NCBI GenBank assembly: GCA_004022145.1
Contig: RCNU01000002.1
Source: Paecilomyces variotii
Lineage: Eukaryota
DNA length: 64,000 nt
Reading direction: 5' to 3' (one strand)
Made by a program: the position numbers and the translations under genes
Shown here: one piece after another, positions 1-13,382 of the stretch
Layout: every line of letters starts with the position of its first letter
Numbering within the stretch: position 1 is the stretch's first letter
The notes under the pieces: model-generated
What the model was told of the DNA's origin: nothing
Database searches by the model: none
What the model saw: the letters and a program-made list of their open reading frames with translations, nothing else

Positions 1-1188
1 GTACAGTACTTTTTCGAGTATTAATATTAATTATTTTATTATTAGTTACATGCTCATCCGGAAGAAACCATATCCTACCTCGGTCATCCCAGCGATCGTC
101 CTTCGGATCCCCACGGACTGGGAACGCTCGACTGGCTAATCATGATTAGAACGGTCCCGTTATAAACTTTTAAAGCCCCGAGTTAGCGTTACGATCGTGA
201 AGAATCACCTGAAGCCACCGTCCGTGACTGGCTGGGATGTCTCGCTTCTTCGTCCGATCCCGTTTTTCCTTTTTCTCCCTTCTTGTCTTCCGTCTCTTCT
301 TCCCCCGCATCCACAGTCCTGACTCCTCTCGCATACCAATTTCTAACTTCTAACTTCTTAGTCCTGTATTATTATTACCATATGTATTTTTCCATCTTTC
401 CCCGCTCAGCGACGAGCGTCAGACGCACGCGTGCAGCTGCAGCGCAAATCGTCCACGTTCTGCTCGGCCGAGAAATGCGTATGGTCACTATGGTGGACGT
501 ACCAGTAGGAGGTGATCTCCATGTCATCGACGCTGCGCCGACATGGTTCTCACGCACTTGCTAGTGCTCATTTACTAATAATCCTCTCGTCCGCAGAAAT
601 TCAGCAAGTTACGGAGTAGCCAATGCTGTTCTAGAGTATCTATACCTAATTAGCTCCAGCTACGTACCTCCTCCAAGGTGTTTCTAGTCGATGATAGTCG
701 CCCAACGTGTATGGTATTATTACCAGAAGCCCTTTCCTTTATTTCCCTTTCTGTCTTTCTTGTTGGAATGAGTAGAGACTACTGTCGAATGGGGTTGGCC
801 GCAAGGGCAAAAGAACCGTTGACATCGGGGGCGTCGCCTATTGTGCAAGCTATCGGTCCCCCGAAGACGCTCCGGTCCCTGCGGATCCCCGACTAGAGAA
901 GTCTCCCATCTCGTCTTGGGACGCTTTTACCCCCAATAGTCTATCAAGAATCCCAGAATTTCCCTGGTTGCTTGTTGGATTTCTCCGCTGCAACCACTAG
1001 CTGTTGACACAGCCGGCGGTCGCAAAGAAAGCGGATCGCCGCCGGTCGACTTGACTAGTCTAGCGGGAGACAAGGAAGAGCACAAGCACCAGGAAGCAAA
1101 GTCCAGGAAAACGAACCCAGACGCTGGATATCCTCTTTTTCCCCATCTTTGCTGTTCCAATCTCCTCTCTGGCCCTCTCCACCAAGTC

Positions 1189-4100
1189 ATGACCGAGGCT
1201 GATGGACGACGAGATGCCAAGCCGCCACTAGACGCCGATGGTCGTTCCCCATATCCGCCTGCGGCTCTCGATTCTGTTGTATCAACCTTCTCGCCCGCTT
1301 ACGACTTGCCATACCAGAACAGCTCTGCGCCGTCGCGCGCCCTGAACGTCGTCCACCGCAGCTCCCATCATACTGGCGACGCGAACAATGTGCCAGACGG
1401 CGTCGTATCTCAACAGCCGTCTGATGCGACAGGACTGCCTGGTTCCATCATGATGTCCACCGCCGATTCCGAGTCCTCCATGGGTGCAACAGTACCTACG
1501 TCAGGCCAGGACAGTCATAATAATTTTGTGGACGATGGCGACGCCATCAGTCCATCCAGCTCCCGGGACCCTGGTACCGCTCCGACGGATGGGAATTCGG
1601 AAGGAAGAAACCCGGAGCAAGGATCCCAGAACGACGGCGAGAAACTACCTCCATGGAGCGAATTGAAGACCAAGGCGGGCAAGGAGAGGAAGCGACTGCC
1701 TCTCGCGTGCATTGCCTGTCGACGGAAGAAGATCAGATGCTCTGGCGAAAAGCCCGCCTGCAAGCATTGCTTCCGCTCGCGCATCCCGTGCGTCTACAAA
1801 GTCACCACCCGGAAAGCTGCGCCGCGGACGGATTACATGGCGATGTTGGACAAGCGGCTAAAGCGTATGGAAGAAAGAGTGATCAAGGCCATACCAAAGG
1901 ATGAGCCCCGGGATTTAGCTTCCATCGGGCGAGCAGTCGTGAAACCAGCCCCTCCTGGCCAGACACCCAAAGCTCCCAAGACCGCGCAGAAAAAGAGGTC
2001 TGCGGACGAAGCATTCGCAGCGGAACTAGACGAATGGACACGAGGACCAAAAACTACAGCTCCCGATCCAATCCCAGCAAATGGCAACATCCGGCAGCCC
2101 GATGCGAGTGGACTGCTCACGGAGGGAGCCGAGTTTTTGCCTCCGATGGAGATCCAGGAGCATCTGGCGGAGGTCTTCTTTGACTGCGTGTACGGTCAAT
2201 CCTACCTGCTGCTGCACAAGCCTAGTTTCATGCGCAGACTGAAGGCCGGAACTATTCCCCCTGTGCTGATTCTCGCCGTCTGTGCTGTGTCCGCTCGGTT
2301 TTCGACACATCCGGAGGTCAGCTCAGAACCAGCGTTCCAACGAGGCGAGAACTGGGCCAATCCGGCGGCTGCGATCGCCCTGAGTCGACACGACGAGCCC
2401 AACATTACGATTCTTACGGTATTCCTGTTGCTGGGTCTGCATGAGTTCGGAACCTGTCATGGCGGCCGCAGTTGGTCCTTTGGCGGACAGGCCCTAAGGA
2501 TGGCCTACGCGCTGCAGCTACATCGGGAACTCGACCATGACCCCTTGGGGCAGAACAATTCGAAAGCATCAGAAATCAGTTTTACAGACCGCGAGATCCG
2601 CAGACGCACTATGTGGGCGTGCGTGTTGATGGACCGCTACAACTCGTCGGGCAGTCAGCGGCCGCCCATCGGGAATGAGAAGTTCCTGCATATCCAGCTG
2701 CCTGTCAAAGAATCACATTTTCAGATGGAGATCCCAGGCCCAACGGAGGATCTCGACGGGAATGTCCCGAATCCGGTGCCCGAAGGCTACGGGCAGCTTT
2801 CCAACCCGAAGGATAACATGGGAGTGTCGGCCTACATCATCCGTGCGATCATGCTCTGGGGCCGCATTGTGGACTACCTCAACTTGGGAGGGAAGAAGAA
2901 GGATCCCCATCCTTTATGGTCACCAGAATCGGGCTACAGTCGGCTCAAGCGGCAGATCGAGGAGTTTTCCGCCTCGCTGCCCAGCTTCCTCGCCTTTACG
3001 CTGGAGAACCTCCAGAATCACGCCGCGGAAAAAGTGGCGAATCAGTTTCTTTTTCTCCATATGATCATCCATCAAAACGTGCTTTTTCTCAACCAATTCG
3101 CTATTCCCTTGTCACCAGGGGTTCGCCCACCCAAAGACATGCCCAAGGCGTTTCTCAGCGACGCTGGTCGAGCGGCTGTCGAGGCCGCTCACCACATCTC
3201 CCTGCTGATCGACCGCGCCTCTGGCTATCTCCTCACCGTCCCGTTTGCGGGATACTGCGCTTACTCGGCTAGCACGGTGCACATATGGGGGATCTTCTCC
3301 AAGAATGCGCAGTTAGAAGCCCGCTCGAAGGAGAACCTGCGACACACGTACCGGTATCTCAACAAGATGAAGCGATACTGGGGCATGTTCCATTACATGG
3401 TGGAAAGTGCCAAGGATCGGTACCGGCAGTTTGCTGACGCCGCCATCAAGGGGACGGTGGCACACCAGAGCCGACAGGGCTCCCCGATGTTCCAGTACGG
3501 AGACTGGTTCGACAAGTATCCCCATGGTGTGGCGCAGACTCATTGGCAAGACCTGGAGACCAACATGAAGAAAGAGACGGGCGAAGACGCCGTTATGGCT
3601 CAGCGACCCGATCTTCAGAGCGTGGAAGAATTCTTCGCCAGTCTTTCCCCGACCCCACGGACAGGTCCTCCCCGCAAACAGGCGCGGAAGCAAGATCGCG
3701 CGGGTACGAAGGATGCGCCGACGGAGATGATGCCCCCTCCGGCGCCCAACTTCGATGCCGTGACAGGACTGTCAATGGCAACTCCACAGGCCGTCCTGGG
3801 TGCTGGGGCGCCCGACTTCAACCAGCAACAGATGTATCAGTCACCGTTCGACGTCGCCTTCACGCCAGATCATCTCCCGCAGCTCGACCGGCAGCTCGTG
3901 TACGGCGCGTATGCTGGGTTGGAGCCCACAATGGCGCACAACCAGATGCCCGTGCCGATTCCAAGCGAACCGGCGGCTCCGCAGAATGGGGCTGCGGTCT
4001 GGGGAGATCCGTTTGCGATGAATGGAACGCCGGCCGGAACGGGCGAGTTCTTTCAGCCAAGTGCGTGGTTCCTGCCATTCAACTTGGATCCCGTCGGGGC

Positions 4101-4218
4101 GGGCATGTCGATGGATGGCTCGCCCCCCGATCAGACCGGTGGCGGAGGGAACATGATGAGTCCGTATGCGATGGGTATGACGGGGATGGGCACTCCGGGG
4201 AACGTGCCTCCCCAGTGA
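1189..4218 (+). CDS. Zn(II)2Cys6 fungal transcription factor with Fungal_trans middle-homology domain
   Basis: Single long ORF; ACIACRRKKIRCSGEKPACKHCFRSRIPCVY binuclear cluster; EIRRRTMWACVLMDR Fungal_trans motif; first in-frame ATG at 1189. Confidence 0.93.
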   Translation: MTEADGRRDAKPPLDADGRSPYPPAALDSVVSTFSPAYDLPYQNSSAPSRALNVVHRSSHHTGDANNVPDGVVSQQPSDATGLPGSIMMSTADSESSMGATVPTSGQDSHNNFVDDGDAISPSSSRDPGTAPTDGNSEGRNPEQGSQNDGEKLPPWSELKTKAGKERKRLPLACIACRRKKIRCSGEKPACKHCFRSRIPCVYKVTTRKAAPRTDYMAMLDKRLKRMEERVIKAIPKDEPRDLASIGRAVVKPAPPGQTPKAPKTAQKKRSADEAFAAELDEWTRGPKTTAPDPIPANGNIRQPDASGLLTEGAEFLPPMEIQEHLAEVFFDCVYGQSYLLLHKPSFMRRLKAGTIPPVLILAVCAVSARFSTHPEVSSEPAFQRGENWANPAAAIALSRHDEPNITILTVFLLLGLHEFGTCHGGRSWSFGGQALRMAYALQLHRELDHDPLGQNNSKASEISFTDREIRRRTMWACVLMDRYNSSGSQRPPIGNEKFLHIQLPVKESHFQMEIPGPTEDLDGNVPNPVPEGYGQLSNPKDNMGVSAYIIRAIMLWGRIVDYLNLGGKKKDPHPLWSPESGYSRLKRQIEEFSASLPSFLAFTLENLQNHAAEKVANQFLFLHMIIHQNVLFLNQFAIPLSPGVRPPKDMPKAFLSDAGRAAVEAAHHISLLIDRASGYLLTVPFAGYCAYSASTVHIWGIFSKNAQLEARSKENLRHTYRYLNKMKRYWGMFHYMVESAKDRYRQFADAAIKGTVAHQSRQGSPMFQYGDWFDKYPHGVAQTHWQDLETNMKKETGEDAVMAQRPDLQSVEEFFASLSPTPRTGPPRKQARKQDRAGTKDAPTEMMPPPAPNFDAVTGLSMATPQAVLGAGAPDFNQQQMYQSPFDVAFTPDHLPQLDRQLVYGAYAGLEPTMAHNQMPVPIPSEPAAPQNGAAVWGDPFAMNGTPAGTGEFFQPSAWFLPFNLDPVGAGMSMDGSPPDQTGGGGNMMSPYAMGMTGMGTPGNVPPQ

Positions 4219-5278
4219 CCACACGAATGAACGTGTGTGTATCAGGCATAAGCAATCCAGCGACAGCAGACATGGGGACACGATTCGATTTAGCCACGGT
4301 TTTGGAGCGGGTGTTATAGATATATATATGCTTTTTGGCAGGGGTCAAAAGGCGAAAGCATCTTGGAGTTGCGACTGTTTTTTTCTTGTTCTTTTTTTTT
4401 TCGCCTTGTCCTCTTGAGTGTGTGAGAGTGTATGTGTGTCGATATCTAACTATCGTCTTCTGTATCTATCTTACCTCATCGGTTGATCTGTTGATCGTTT
4501 GAAATATCTATATATCCATACCAGGACATGGCTTGTATCTAATGAGCGATACCAACCAGACTTCTTATTCTACCATTTCATTTCATTTTGTTTTTTTCTT
4601 TTCTTCCTACGATACCGTAATGACACCAGCTAAAGAAACGACAATCGAAACGAGATGAATCATCTATGTACAAGTCTTGCAGTGACAATAAGGAGAAAGA
4701 AAAAGCAAGAAAACTAGTCCGGAGACGATTCTTTAATTGATTTAATAGTCAAGTCAATAAATAACGAGGAGTGGTCAGTGGTTGTGTAGATCATAGTAAA
4801 TATATCATATTATTACTATAATTACTCTGTAGATATTCTGGAATCCCCATGGGAACGGAAAAGCCAAACGGAAAATGGAAACTTGGCCAGGAACGGAGAT
4901 GAGGTTCCATGGTTGAACTCATTCTAGTTTCCCAGTTTCTAGGTAGTTTACCTAGATTAACTATCTATCTATCTATTCGAGATTCAGAGTAAACAACTTT
5001 AGTGGTAGTTAACTTAGCTACGATAAGTTAGTTAAGTAGATAGGGTGAATGGCGGGGTGATTAATTAAGTAGTAGACTCGAGGACATAAGTAAAGTACAT
5101 AGAATCAACTACCTCTCTGCATCTAGAGAATCTAGAACATCTGGCCCTTTGACTGCTGACCTTTCTACAGATTCCATCTTCTTCTGCTTCATCTTCAGCT
5201 TCGTCTTTCCATTTGACGCGTTGGCGGCTGCACAGTGACATCACCCGATTGGCTTTTTCCACTTTCCAGCCGATCATC

Positions 5279-5307
5279 CAAGACAAGACAAGACAAGACA
5301 AGACAAG
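5279..5307. repeat. (CAAGA)n pentanucleotide microsatellite, ~6 units
   Basis: Seen directly in sequence. Confidence 0.9.
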
Positions 5308-5778
5308 CTGACTCTCATCCTGATCCTCAGCTCATCATCATCATCCTCCTCCGTCTAGTTGATAAACTGTGCGCCCCGTCTGGCTTGCTGGGCTGTGTCG
5401 GGCTGCTAGTACTATCCTCTTCTTCTTCTACTTCCCGGCCTACTTAGCAGTCTACTATCTTCCCCTCCTCTCCCACTTCTCGATCTTTCGTTCTGAGGGT
5501 TACTCCTGGCGTCTGCACGTTCTTCGTTATCTGATTCTAGCCCATTCCATCACTGGTTCCTTCGCTGTCGATGTGCTTGTTGGATGACCACTCTCGTGCT
5601 TGAATCGATATATTCTCACGGCGGGGTTACTGAACAACCAGAAGCCATCTCTCCAGAGAGGATTAGTACCTAGTGTACTACTCTTCGATCACACAGTTGC
5701 TCATCACCCAGTCACTTATAATTAACCGGACGGGCACTCGTGCGGTAACTACCACTCCCTCCCATCGAAACTGGTGCC

Positions 5779-7749
5779 ATGGCGCCTCGGTCATCCCGCG
5801 AGTTCTTCGAGGAGGACCTGTATGAACGGGATCGATACTCCAACGGTGGTCGACGGGACCGCTTCGTGGAAGAAGACATCGACTTCCGTCGACGGTCTGG
5901 ACCCCCGGTGCGAGAGCTTGAACGGCTGCGCATGCGAGATCGCTCCGTCCCCGATTTCCTGCATGAAGACTACACCAAGAGCCGTGATGCCGGTCCCCTG
6001 GTGCTGAAGCGGGAGCGGGACGAGTTCGAGTACCGTCCACGCGAGAGGCCTCGACCGAGAGAAGTTGACCGGGAGGAGATCCGCATCATAGAGGAGGAGC
6101 GAGATAGAGAGAGAAGAAGACCAGTCGATCGGGATGAGAGGGAGGAGATCCGTATCCGTCGACGCGACCGGTCCTTGCCGCCGCTGGAGCGTGAACGGGA
6201 GGAATACATCATCCGGCGGGACAGGAGGAGTCCACCTCGGTCAGAGTATGAGCAGGACGAAGTTATCTTCCGTCATTCGGACCGCGATAGGCGTCGGGAC
6301 TACGAATGGGAGCGGGATGAACGCTACCGGTCTCCTTCTCGCCATCGGTCTCTTTCTCGCCGTCGCTCAAGGTCCCGACATCGACCCAGCGACAAGGAAG
6401 AAATCATTATCCGCAGAGATGAGCGTGAGGGTGGCCGTCGGAGAAGCGATTCGGAGAGAGAGGAGATTATCATTCGCAGACAGGAAGAGAGATCACCGTC
6501 GCCAGAACCTCCAGCACCTATTGATCCACCGCCCATTCGCGCACCGCCCATTCACCAGGAGATAATCACTCATCATCGCCATATCGATCATGGTCCGTAG
6601 CTGCTTCCCCCAACAAAACGCAGACAGGTCATGGCTGACTTTGTTAGGATTCGAGGTAGTACCTCCACCCCGAGTACGGAGTCCTGGGTTCCGTTCCCCC
6701 AGGGACAGCTTCGAGGAGATCAAGATTCATGAACGGCAAGTTTGCAATATCACTGATCTGCTATTACCCGTCCGGTGCTAACTGATTTCCAGCGGCGAAA
6801 GAAACGGTCGGCCATACCATGACGATATTACAATCGACCGAAGGGAGAGAGACGACTCGCCGCCTCGCCTGCGGCGTCGCTCCTCTGCATACTACGACCG
6901 TCGGGAGGAAGATGAGGTCGTCATTTCCCGCAGGAGAGGCAAATCCCTAGATCGCGAGAGGGAAATTGTCATCCGAGAACGTGATCGTCGAAATGGATTG
7001 GACCGCCGGGATGAGCGGGACATTCAGGAAGAGGCTGATTACTACAATCGTATCAATGCAGAACGCAGCTATATTGGCGAAGCCTACAACGGAGCCACCC
7101 GCGACTGGACCATCGTCGATGTCCCGCCCGGCACCAAACGGGTCACGATGGACGGCATCGGCGGTGCGAAGCAGGAGATAAGCTGGCAGCGATACAACGG
7201 CGTCCGTCGGTCAAGGTTCATCACCGACAGCGAGGAGATTGAGGAACAGGAGCCGGAGAATGACGTTGGCCGTATCGGACGCCGCTACGTGGGAGTCAAA
7301 GACCGACATGAGAAGCTATGGACGGAAATCACCAAGGATCTGGTCGTGAGGGAGGCCATTGAGCGCTCTGGCTACGAATTTGAGGAGACGGAATATTTCT
7401 ACTACATCTTTGCTTACCTTCGCTATGTAAGTCTCATTTGTTTCTCGTTATTGATTTCTTTTTTAATTTTTTTTTATTCTTTGGTACGAGAGCAAGGCTA
7501 ACTGTCCTACAGGATGATATTGCCGCCTTGGTTGATCTCTCAGAAGATATCCGTAGAGCACGACGTGAGCGGATCCATGAAATCCATCGCGAACGCGCCT
7601 CTCTGCCTCCCCCACCGGCACCGATACCAGTACGAACACCATTGATGCTGGAGCGGCCCCCGCTACCTCGTCATCCATGGGAGGAGGAGAAAATCCGCGA
7701 GCGTGACCTGGTCATCGAAGAGAGACGACCAGCACGGGGAAGATGGTAG
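5779..7749 (+). CDS. Conserved Arg/Glu-rich fungal protein, 4 exons (5779-6592, 6648-6735, 6793-7426, 7513-7749)
   Basis: ORF fragments join in frame across introns with branch points; low-complexity EEIIIRR repeats followed by an ordered C-terminal domain (WTIVDVPPGTKRV...LWTEITKDLVVREAIE). Confidence 0.82.
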
Positions 7750-8866
7750 ACTAGCGACAGCAACCGTTCTGCTCGCTTCTTCTTCATGATGATTAACTAT
7801 ACCCCCGAGCTCGAGACGGGGTATATCTCTGTAACTGGTATTTGGTCTGGAAGATTTAACCCATATACACTCATCTCGGCATCTACCTTATGGCGCCACG
7901 AGTCTTCTGCCTGTCTATTTTGTGTGCTTCTACCTTTATGTCTGTCTGTGCTTCTGATTCTCCATGTTCTTTTCATTTTCTACTCAGTTTCCCGTTCTAT
8001 TCTCCTCCAATGATAACGAATAATGACCACGAGCTCAGCAACGATGTGATGATGACCTATGACCCTATTTCCTTCCTTTCACGGCCTACTTATGTTATTA
8101 TCATGAATGTAAGATATGACAAGGACGTCATATAGTATACTATACTACAATATAATACGGAAGTCAAATACAGATATGCTTACTGTGAATAGCACAAGGG
8201 GAATAAATAAATAAATAAGCCATTTCTTCTTCTACCCGCGTTGTTTCGATTTAAAACTTCTTAGAAAAAGTGAGAATTTCTTTCTCTTAAATCGAACTTG
8301 TATAAATAAATAAAGACGAATTTTCTCATTTCTATTTCTATTTCCCCGTAGATTTATAGTAAATAAAGTAGTTCACTAGTTATTTTATACTATACTGACC
8401 CATTCTTGAAGTTGATATTGGTTAGTGTACTACATCTAGATACTTATATTTATAATCCGAACATTTCGAAAAATTATTTCATTTTGCTAGTCAACTTAGC
8501 CTTTCTGCCTCGACCATACTTCCAAGACCATTCGCTTCTGCTAGTTAGTGATATATATGTATGTTATATACACACAAAGCCCATGTATTGTGCACCCCAG
8601 GTCCAAACCGTTTGAAGCTAAGATCCGGTATAAACCTTGCTAGGTAAGAAGAAAAAGAAAGAAACAAAACAAAAAAAAAAAAAAATAGATGCACTGCGCA
8701 CATGTGACATGGGTTCGTTAAGGAAAGTAGTATACATGGGGTCATATATTCATCAGAAAATCCCAAGACTGATAAAAGGAAGGTATTTCTGGAAATACAA
8801 GAGTCGAAAAAAAGATTTTAAATACCCAGAGTGGGGAAGAAAGTGGTCATGACATCAGATCCGCGT

Positions 8867-10210
8867 TTAGCAGGTAGTGATATACAGACCGATGGGAGAG
8901 GGGTTGTAGTCCTGGAAGTAGTTGAGGTCGGTAGAGCCGGCGTTGCTGATCTCGTAAGAGACGGTCTGGCCAGCCGGGCAGGTGAAGGTGGAGATGGTGT
9001 AGTTGTGGCCAGGAGAGACGGTGAAGGTACCAAGCTCGCTCTTGACACCCGGGGCGTTGCTGTAGCTGGTCGACTGCTGGGCCGGGGAGTCCAGAGAAGC
9101 GAAGCGAACCTCGCCGTTACCGCTGAAGCTGAAAGAAGAGGTCTCGAGGTCCTTCTGCTCGGGGAAGAGGAAGACGAGAGAGCACTGCTTGCCAGAGTCC
9201 GAAGAGGGGATGTCGAAGTTAAAGAGAGAAGAGATGGTAGAAGTGACGGTGCCATTGTACGAGGTGCCAGGAGCCTTGCTTGGAGCGGAAGAGTCAATAG
9301 GGATGATCAAGTGAGGGAACTCGTAGTTGCCCTTCTGGAGGGTAGTGCCACATCCTCCAGAGCTGGAGGAAGGCTGGGGAGCAGGAGTGCTGGCAGAAGG
9401 CGAGACGCTCGACTCCGGAGCGGGAGCGGGAGCAGGAGCAGCAGATTCACTTGGCTTCGGAGCCGGAGACGCCGCGGCGCTAGACTCAGGAGCCGGGGCG
9501 GGAGATGCTGGTGCACTAGACTCCGGAGCAGGAGATGCCGCGGCACTGGATTCAGGAGCTGGAGCAGGAGAGGCCGGAGCAGGAGAGGCCGCCGCGCTAG
9601 ACTCTGGAGCAGGCGCAGGAGTAGCAGCCGAAGTCGACTCTGGAGCAGCACTGGATGGCTGAGGAGCAACGCTGCTGGCCGGCGCCGGAGCGGCGGACGA
9701 AGAGCCTCCTCCAGACTTGCAGGAGTCTGCGTGCAAAGTGACGGGTTTGCATCCAGTCTCGGCATCGCTGGTGGTGTAGTAGATGTTCAGTTCTCCGTTG
9801 TCACCGGTTTCGCAAGCGTAAAACTGGGAGCTGCCGTTGTACTCGACAGTGCCAGATGAGCTGATGGAGAATCCAGTGGTCGGCTTGGCGCCGGAATCGC
9901 ACTGGAACTGAGTAGTAGGGGCTGTAAAAGAGTCAGAACCTGCTAGGAAAGATTCAATAAAGCTCGACAGTCACTTACGAGTCAGGATGCAGCCGCGTCC
10001 GTTGCTGTCAGTGATACCACCGGAGGAGTCGATGCAGTACTGAGCAGCAGGCAGGCCGCCACCGATGCGGTTCTGTCCGTCAGAAAGCTGGCCAATTGTG
10101 CCAGATGCAGAGCCAGAAGCGGTCAGTCCAAAGCAGCAAGTGTTGCTTCGGGGAACGAGAGCATTCGCTCCGGCAGCGAAGGCCGCTGCGACAGCGAGGT
10201 TCTTCATCAT
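8867..10210 (-). CDS. Secreted/cell-wall Ser-Ala-Pro-rich protein with But2-like C-terminal domain, 2 exons (10210-9979, 9921-8867)
   Basis: Signal peptide MMKNLAVAAAFAAGANA; GRGCILTP|PTTQFQC across a GT-AG intron; C-terminal YEFPHLIIP...FNFDIP...YFQDYNPSPIGLYITTC. Confidence 0.87.
9415..9690 (-). repeat. Coding tandem repeat encoding PAPESSAAASPA-like units
   Basis: Repeated GACTC(C/T/A)GGAGC units; ~6 imperfect peptide repeats in the But2-domain protein linker. Confidence 0.85.
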
Positions 10211-12518
10211 TGTGGCAGGATGCACAGAAAGCGACAGACTGAGCTAAGTTGGAACACGAAAGAATGTGAGGCAGTGGGGTTCTGGCACCGGTCTCCTCAG
10301 CTTTTTGCTTTTCTGCTTTTTGGGACTCTGTTGTCTGATGGTAGTAGAAGGCAGATTCGAGGGGTTGTACCCTTACCTTTATAACCTAATGTGGGTAGGT
10401 AGACGTCATGAGAAGATATCCAATATCCAAGCAATTCAAGAGACGGAGGTTTCCACATTGGCATAATAATAATAAAAACAATCTGTGTCAAGCGATCTTA
10501 ATGGAGACAACCAAAGCCATCCCAAAGAGAAGTCTGAGTGGACCGTCATTATGCCCAGGAACCTGACAAGGGACGTGGAGCCTGAACATTTCAACCACAT
10601 CTACCTTTCCGAGCAAACCGGACTCGAATTGGAAGGGGATGGGTAGTAGAAGCGTCATCTGAAGCAATAGGATGAATTGCTTGAATGCTGTGGTGGGGTA
10701 GGGCTGTAGAACTGACCCACGGCGTGGAACAGTCGAGTTGATCGACCAAAAAGACAGCAAGTTCTGGATGTGATCTCAAGGTTTGTGCTCAACAAGACCT
10801 TGGGGAATCCACGAGTCGATCGTGCGTTAGTTGAGTCTTGCTCCATCGGAATGTTGGAGTTCGCTCTGGGGCTCCATGGACCTTGGACAAACCACCTGTC
10901 ACTGTGGTTGACTGACGAATTGCCAACTGTTCCTTTCGTCGAGTTCTCGAGAGCAATTCGGAACGAGCCAGAGATACTCCAGACAACCGGATGTCCAGGA
11001 ACCGGGACTGACTGTTCCGGTCAGACGGAGGACCGTGAAGGGAACGCCCTGGTTCGTTTCTTCTGCATAATTTCCCACGTTCTGCTCTCATACGTTGCTA
11101 TTTTCAGCCCGGGGACCGAGGGGTCGAGCGATAGCATCATGTAGTCAGCAATCGAGATCGAGATGCTGGTTAACTATTCTTGGCATCAGTCATTGTCGAT
11201 GGCACAGTGACGGCCACTCAAGCTTCCGCTAGACGACACGATGCTGTCAAGATCGTCGAGCAGTGGATTTGGTATCGACTATCGTGACGATTGAGTTGAA
11301 GAACAACCGCTTACTTACTTACTTACTTACTATTCTTAGCGCGCGGGCGGATCAGGAGAGCCGCGCTTCACCCGTTTATGACGCCATGGCAAATTAATCG
11401 GCTCTTCTCTAACCAGTTCAACAACAGGTCAATGAGGTGTTTTGCACGCGTAACCTTCTCCGCAGGTGGAATCAATTAATTAATTATGGATGGTTTTGCT
11501 GCTGGCTGTTGAGTATGGTACTCGATCTACCCTCCAATTTCGCATCTCTCTGCGCAGCCCTCATTACCCTGCCTCAAAAAACTACCATAGAGAGTACTCT
11601 TTCGCGTGCGAACCTTGGGACCCTGTGCAAGACGGAGCGAGCTGAAGCTGATTAGGGTGAAGATCGATGAGGTCTCGGTTGCTGTCGCCCTTGACAGGAT
11701 CGTGTTTGCCACAGGCTAAACACGAGTACAATGGACAAATTGAAGGGCAAAGGGCAAGATCGGAAGCTCTCGGACACAGGATCCCTCGTATAAGAACAAT
11801 TCAGGCAACAACGAAGGTTTGCTCTATGTTTGGATACTTCCTATGATGGGTGGAAGTACAGATTGTCCGACCCCTCTGTATGGTACAATCATATCCCGCG
11901 GTCTCTGGATCGATCACCGGTTAATTAACTAAGAATGAGAATTGAGTAATCACTACTCAAAACTTGTTCGAGGTTGTTGAACCTACCAGCGGCATGCTGT
12001 CGAATTCCATTATTCATTGAAATCCAGCATCATGCGGCCACTTACGTATCTTTGCAATCACCGAGAATGGCCTGTCCTCCTGCCAGATCCTCGAATCACA
12101 ATACTTTACCGAGGTGGAGTTTAGACTGATCCCAACTTTTCAGGTCAATCTGTTCCTTAGTTAGAAGCATCTCGTGTTAGACCCTGCCGGCACCAATGAC
12201 ATCGGATGATGAAGAGTCCAGCTGATGGTTCTCGGATCAGACTACAATGGCCATCCAGAGCTTTTCCACACCGCAATCAGGTCTAGAGGGGCCGAACGAA
12301 CACTAAGTACTGGTAATGGTAGAGGCAATTTCTATGCATGCATTGTATGGTCCTATTGGTTAAAACCAGCCACGTGACACAAAAAGCTTTAACGGATGGT
12401 TTGCGCAGGGAAAGATTGATTGTTTTGAGAAAAGGGGATATCTCTAATTCTCCGTCTAACTATCGTGAAGAGACTGCAAAAATTGGAGTAATGTACAAGG
12501 GGCTCCCAAGAATCATCC

Positions 12519-13382
12519 TCACAGCTTTCCACCCGTAATCTGTTCTCCCAGCTTCTTGACACGGCCTTGGATAACGTCCCACCGAGCAGCCTCGCTCTTC
12601 TTCGCATCGTTGACGCTCGACTGGATGGTAGGGGGTACACCCAGGTTCCAGATATTCTCGCCTGGCTGGTGATCGTTGCGCCATGCGTCGTTCTCGCCCT
12701 CGGGGAACACCCGCTCGATCTCAGCGGCGAGCTGGGCTTCCGTAGTGATGAATTTCCGTGCATTCATATACAGCGAGTGGACGTAGTCCTGTCTCTCGGC
12801 CTTCTTCTCAGCCTCCTTGATCTCCAGCAGCGCCCGAGATCTGGCCAGACGGGCCTCACGGTCCGGATCAGGCAGGATCGGTGTCCGTACAGGCTGCATC
12901 GCCTGGACAATGGATGGCCGCGTCAGACGCTCATCTTCGCGCTCCGGCTGTGACAGGATTCGTTCTCTCTGCACTTGCTTGTCGCGGCTTCGCTTCTCCA
13001 TCAATCGATCTGTTCTCTGTTTCCGGCGGTGCAATTCCAGCAGACCCTGTCGTAGATTCTTTCGCCTGGCCTCTGCCATCTTCCGTTTCCAGACATTGTA
13101 CTCGACATGAGGGTCATCGGGCGAGACGTTCAATTCTCTCGAAGGCAAGGGAGTCGCATCGTTGATGTACGCCTCTGTTGGCTTATCCACGCGACGGGCC
13201 GGGAAGATCTCTCGGGGCACGGGAAGGGTACCCTTCACCTGAGGCTTTGAGGGGAGATCTGGCTGGATGGTTCGCGGCACTTCGATGAAATTTGGGGATT
13301 CCGGTCCAACCCTCAGGCACGAGGAAGATGCGAATCCGCGGACCTGTGTTGTGAGGGTGCGAGAGCTCCGAAACAAGGCCAT
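12519..13382 (-). CDS. Mitochondrial protein, probable small-subunit ribosomal protein mS26
   Basis: Presequence-like MALFRSSRTLTTQVRGFASSSCLR; GPESPNFIEVP...VKGTLPVPREIF; coiled-coil body; LYMNARKFITTE; divergent from NOG2. Confidence 0.65.
   Translation of the reverse strand: MALFRSSRTLTTQVRGFASSSCLRVGPESPNFIEVPRTIQPDLPSKPQVKGTLPVPREIFPARRVDKPTEAYINDATPLPSRELNVSPDDPHVEYNVWKRKMAEARRKNLRQGLLELHRRKQRTDRLMEKRSRDKQVQRERILSQPEREDERLTRPSIVQAMQPVRTPILPDPDREARLARSRALLEIKEAEKKAERQDYVHSLYMNARKFITTEAQLAAEIERVFPEGENDAWRNDHQPGENIWNLGVPPTIQSSVNDAKKSEAARWDVIQGRVKKLGEQITGGKL

Noticed and set aside
3543..4319. 258-aa alternative-frame ORF overlapping the Zn2Cys6 gene
   Set aside because: Off-frame shadow of GC-rich coding sequence with a non-ATG start
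8831..9859. 342-aa Arg/Gly-rich ORF on the + strand
   Set aside because: Antisense shadow of the GC-rich, repeat-containing But2-domain gene; no recognisable domain
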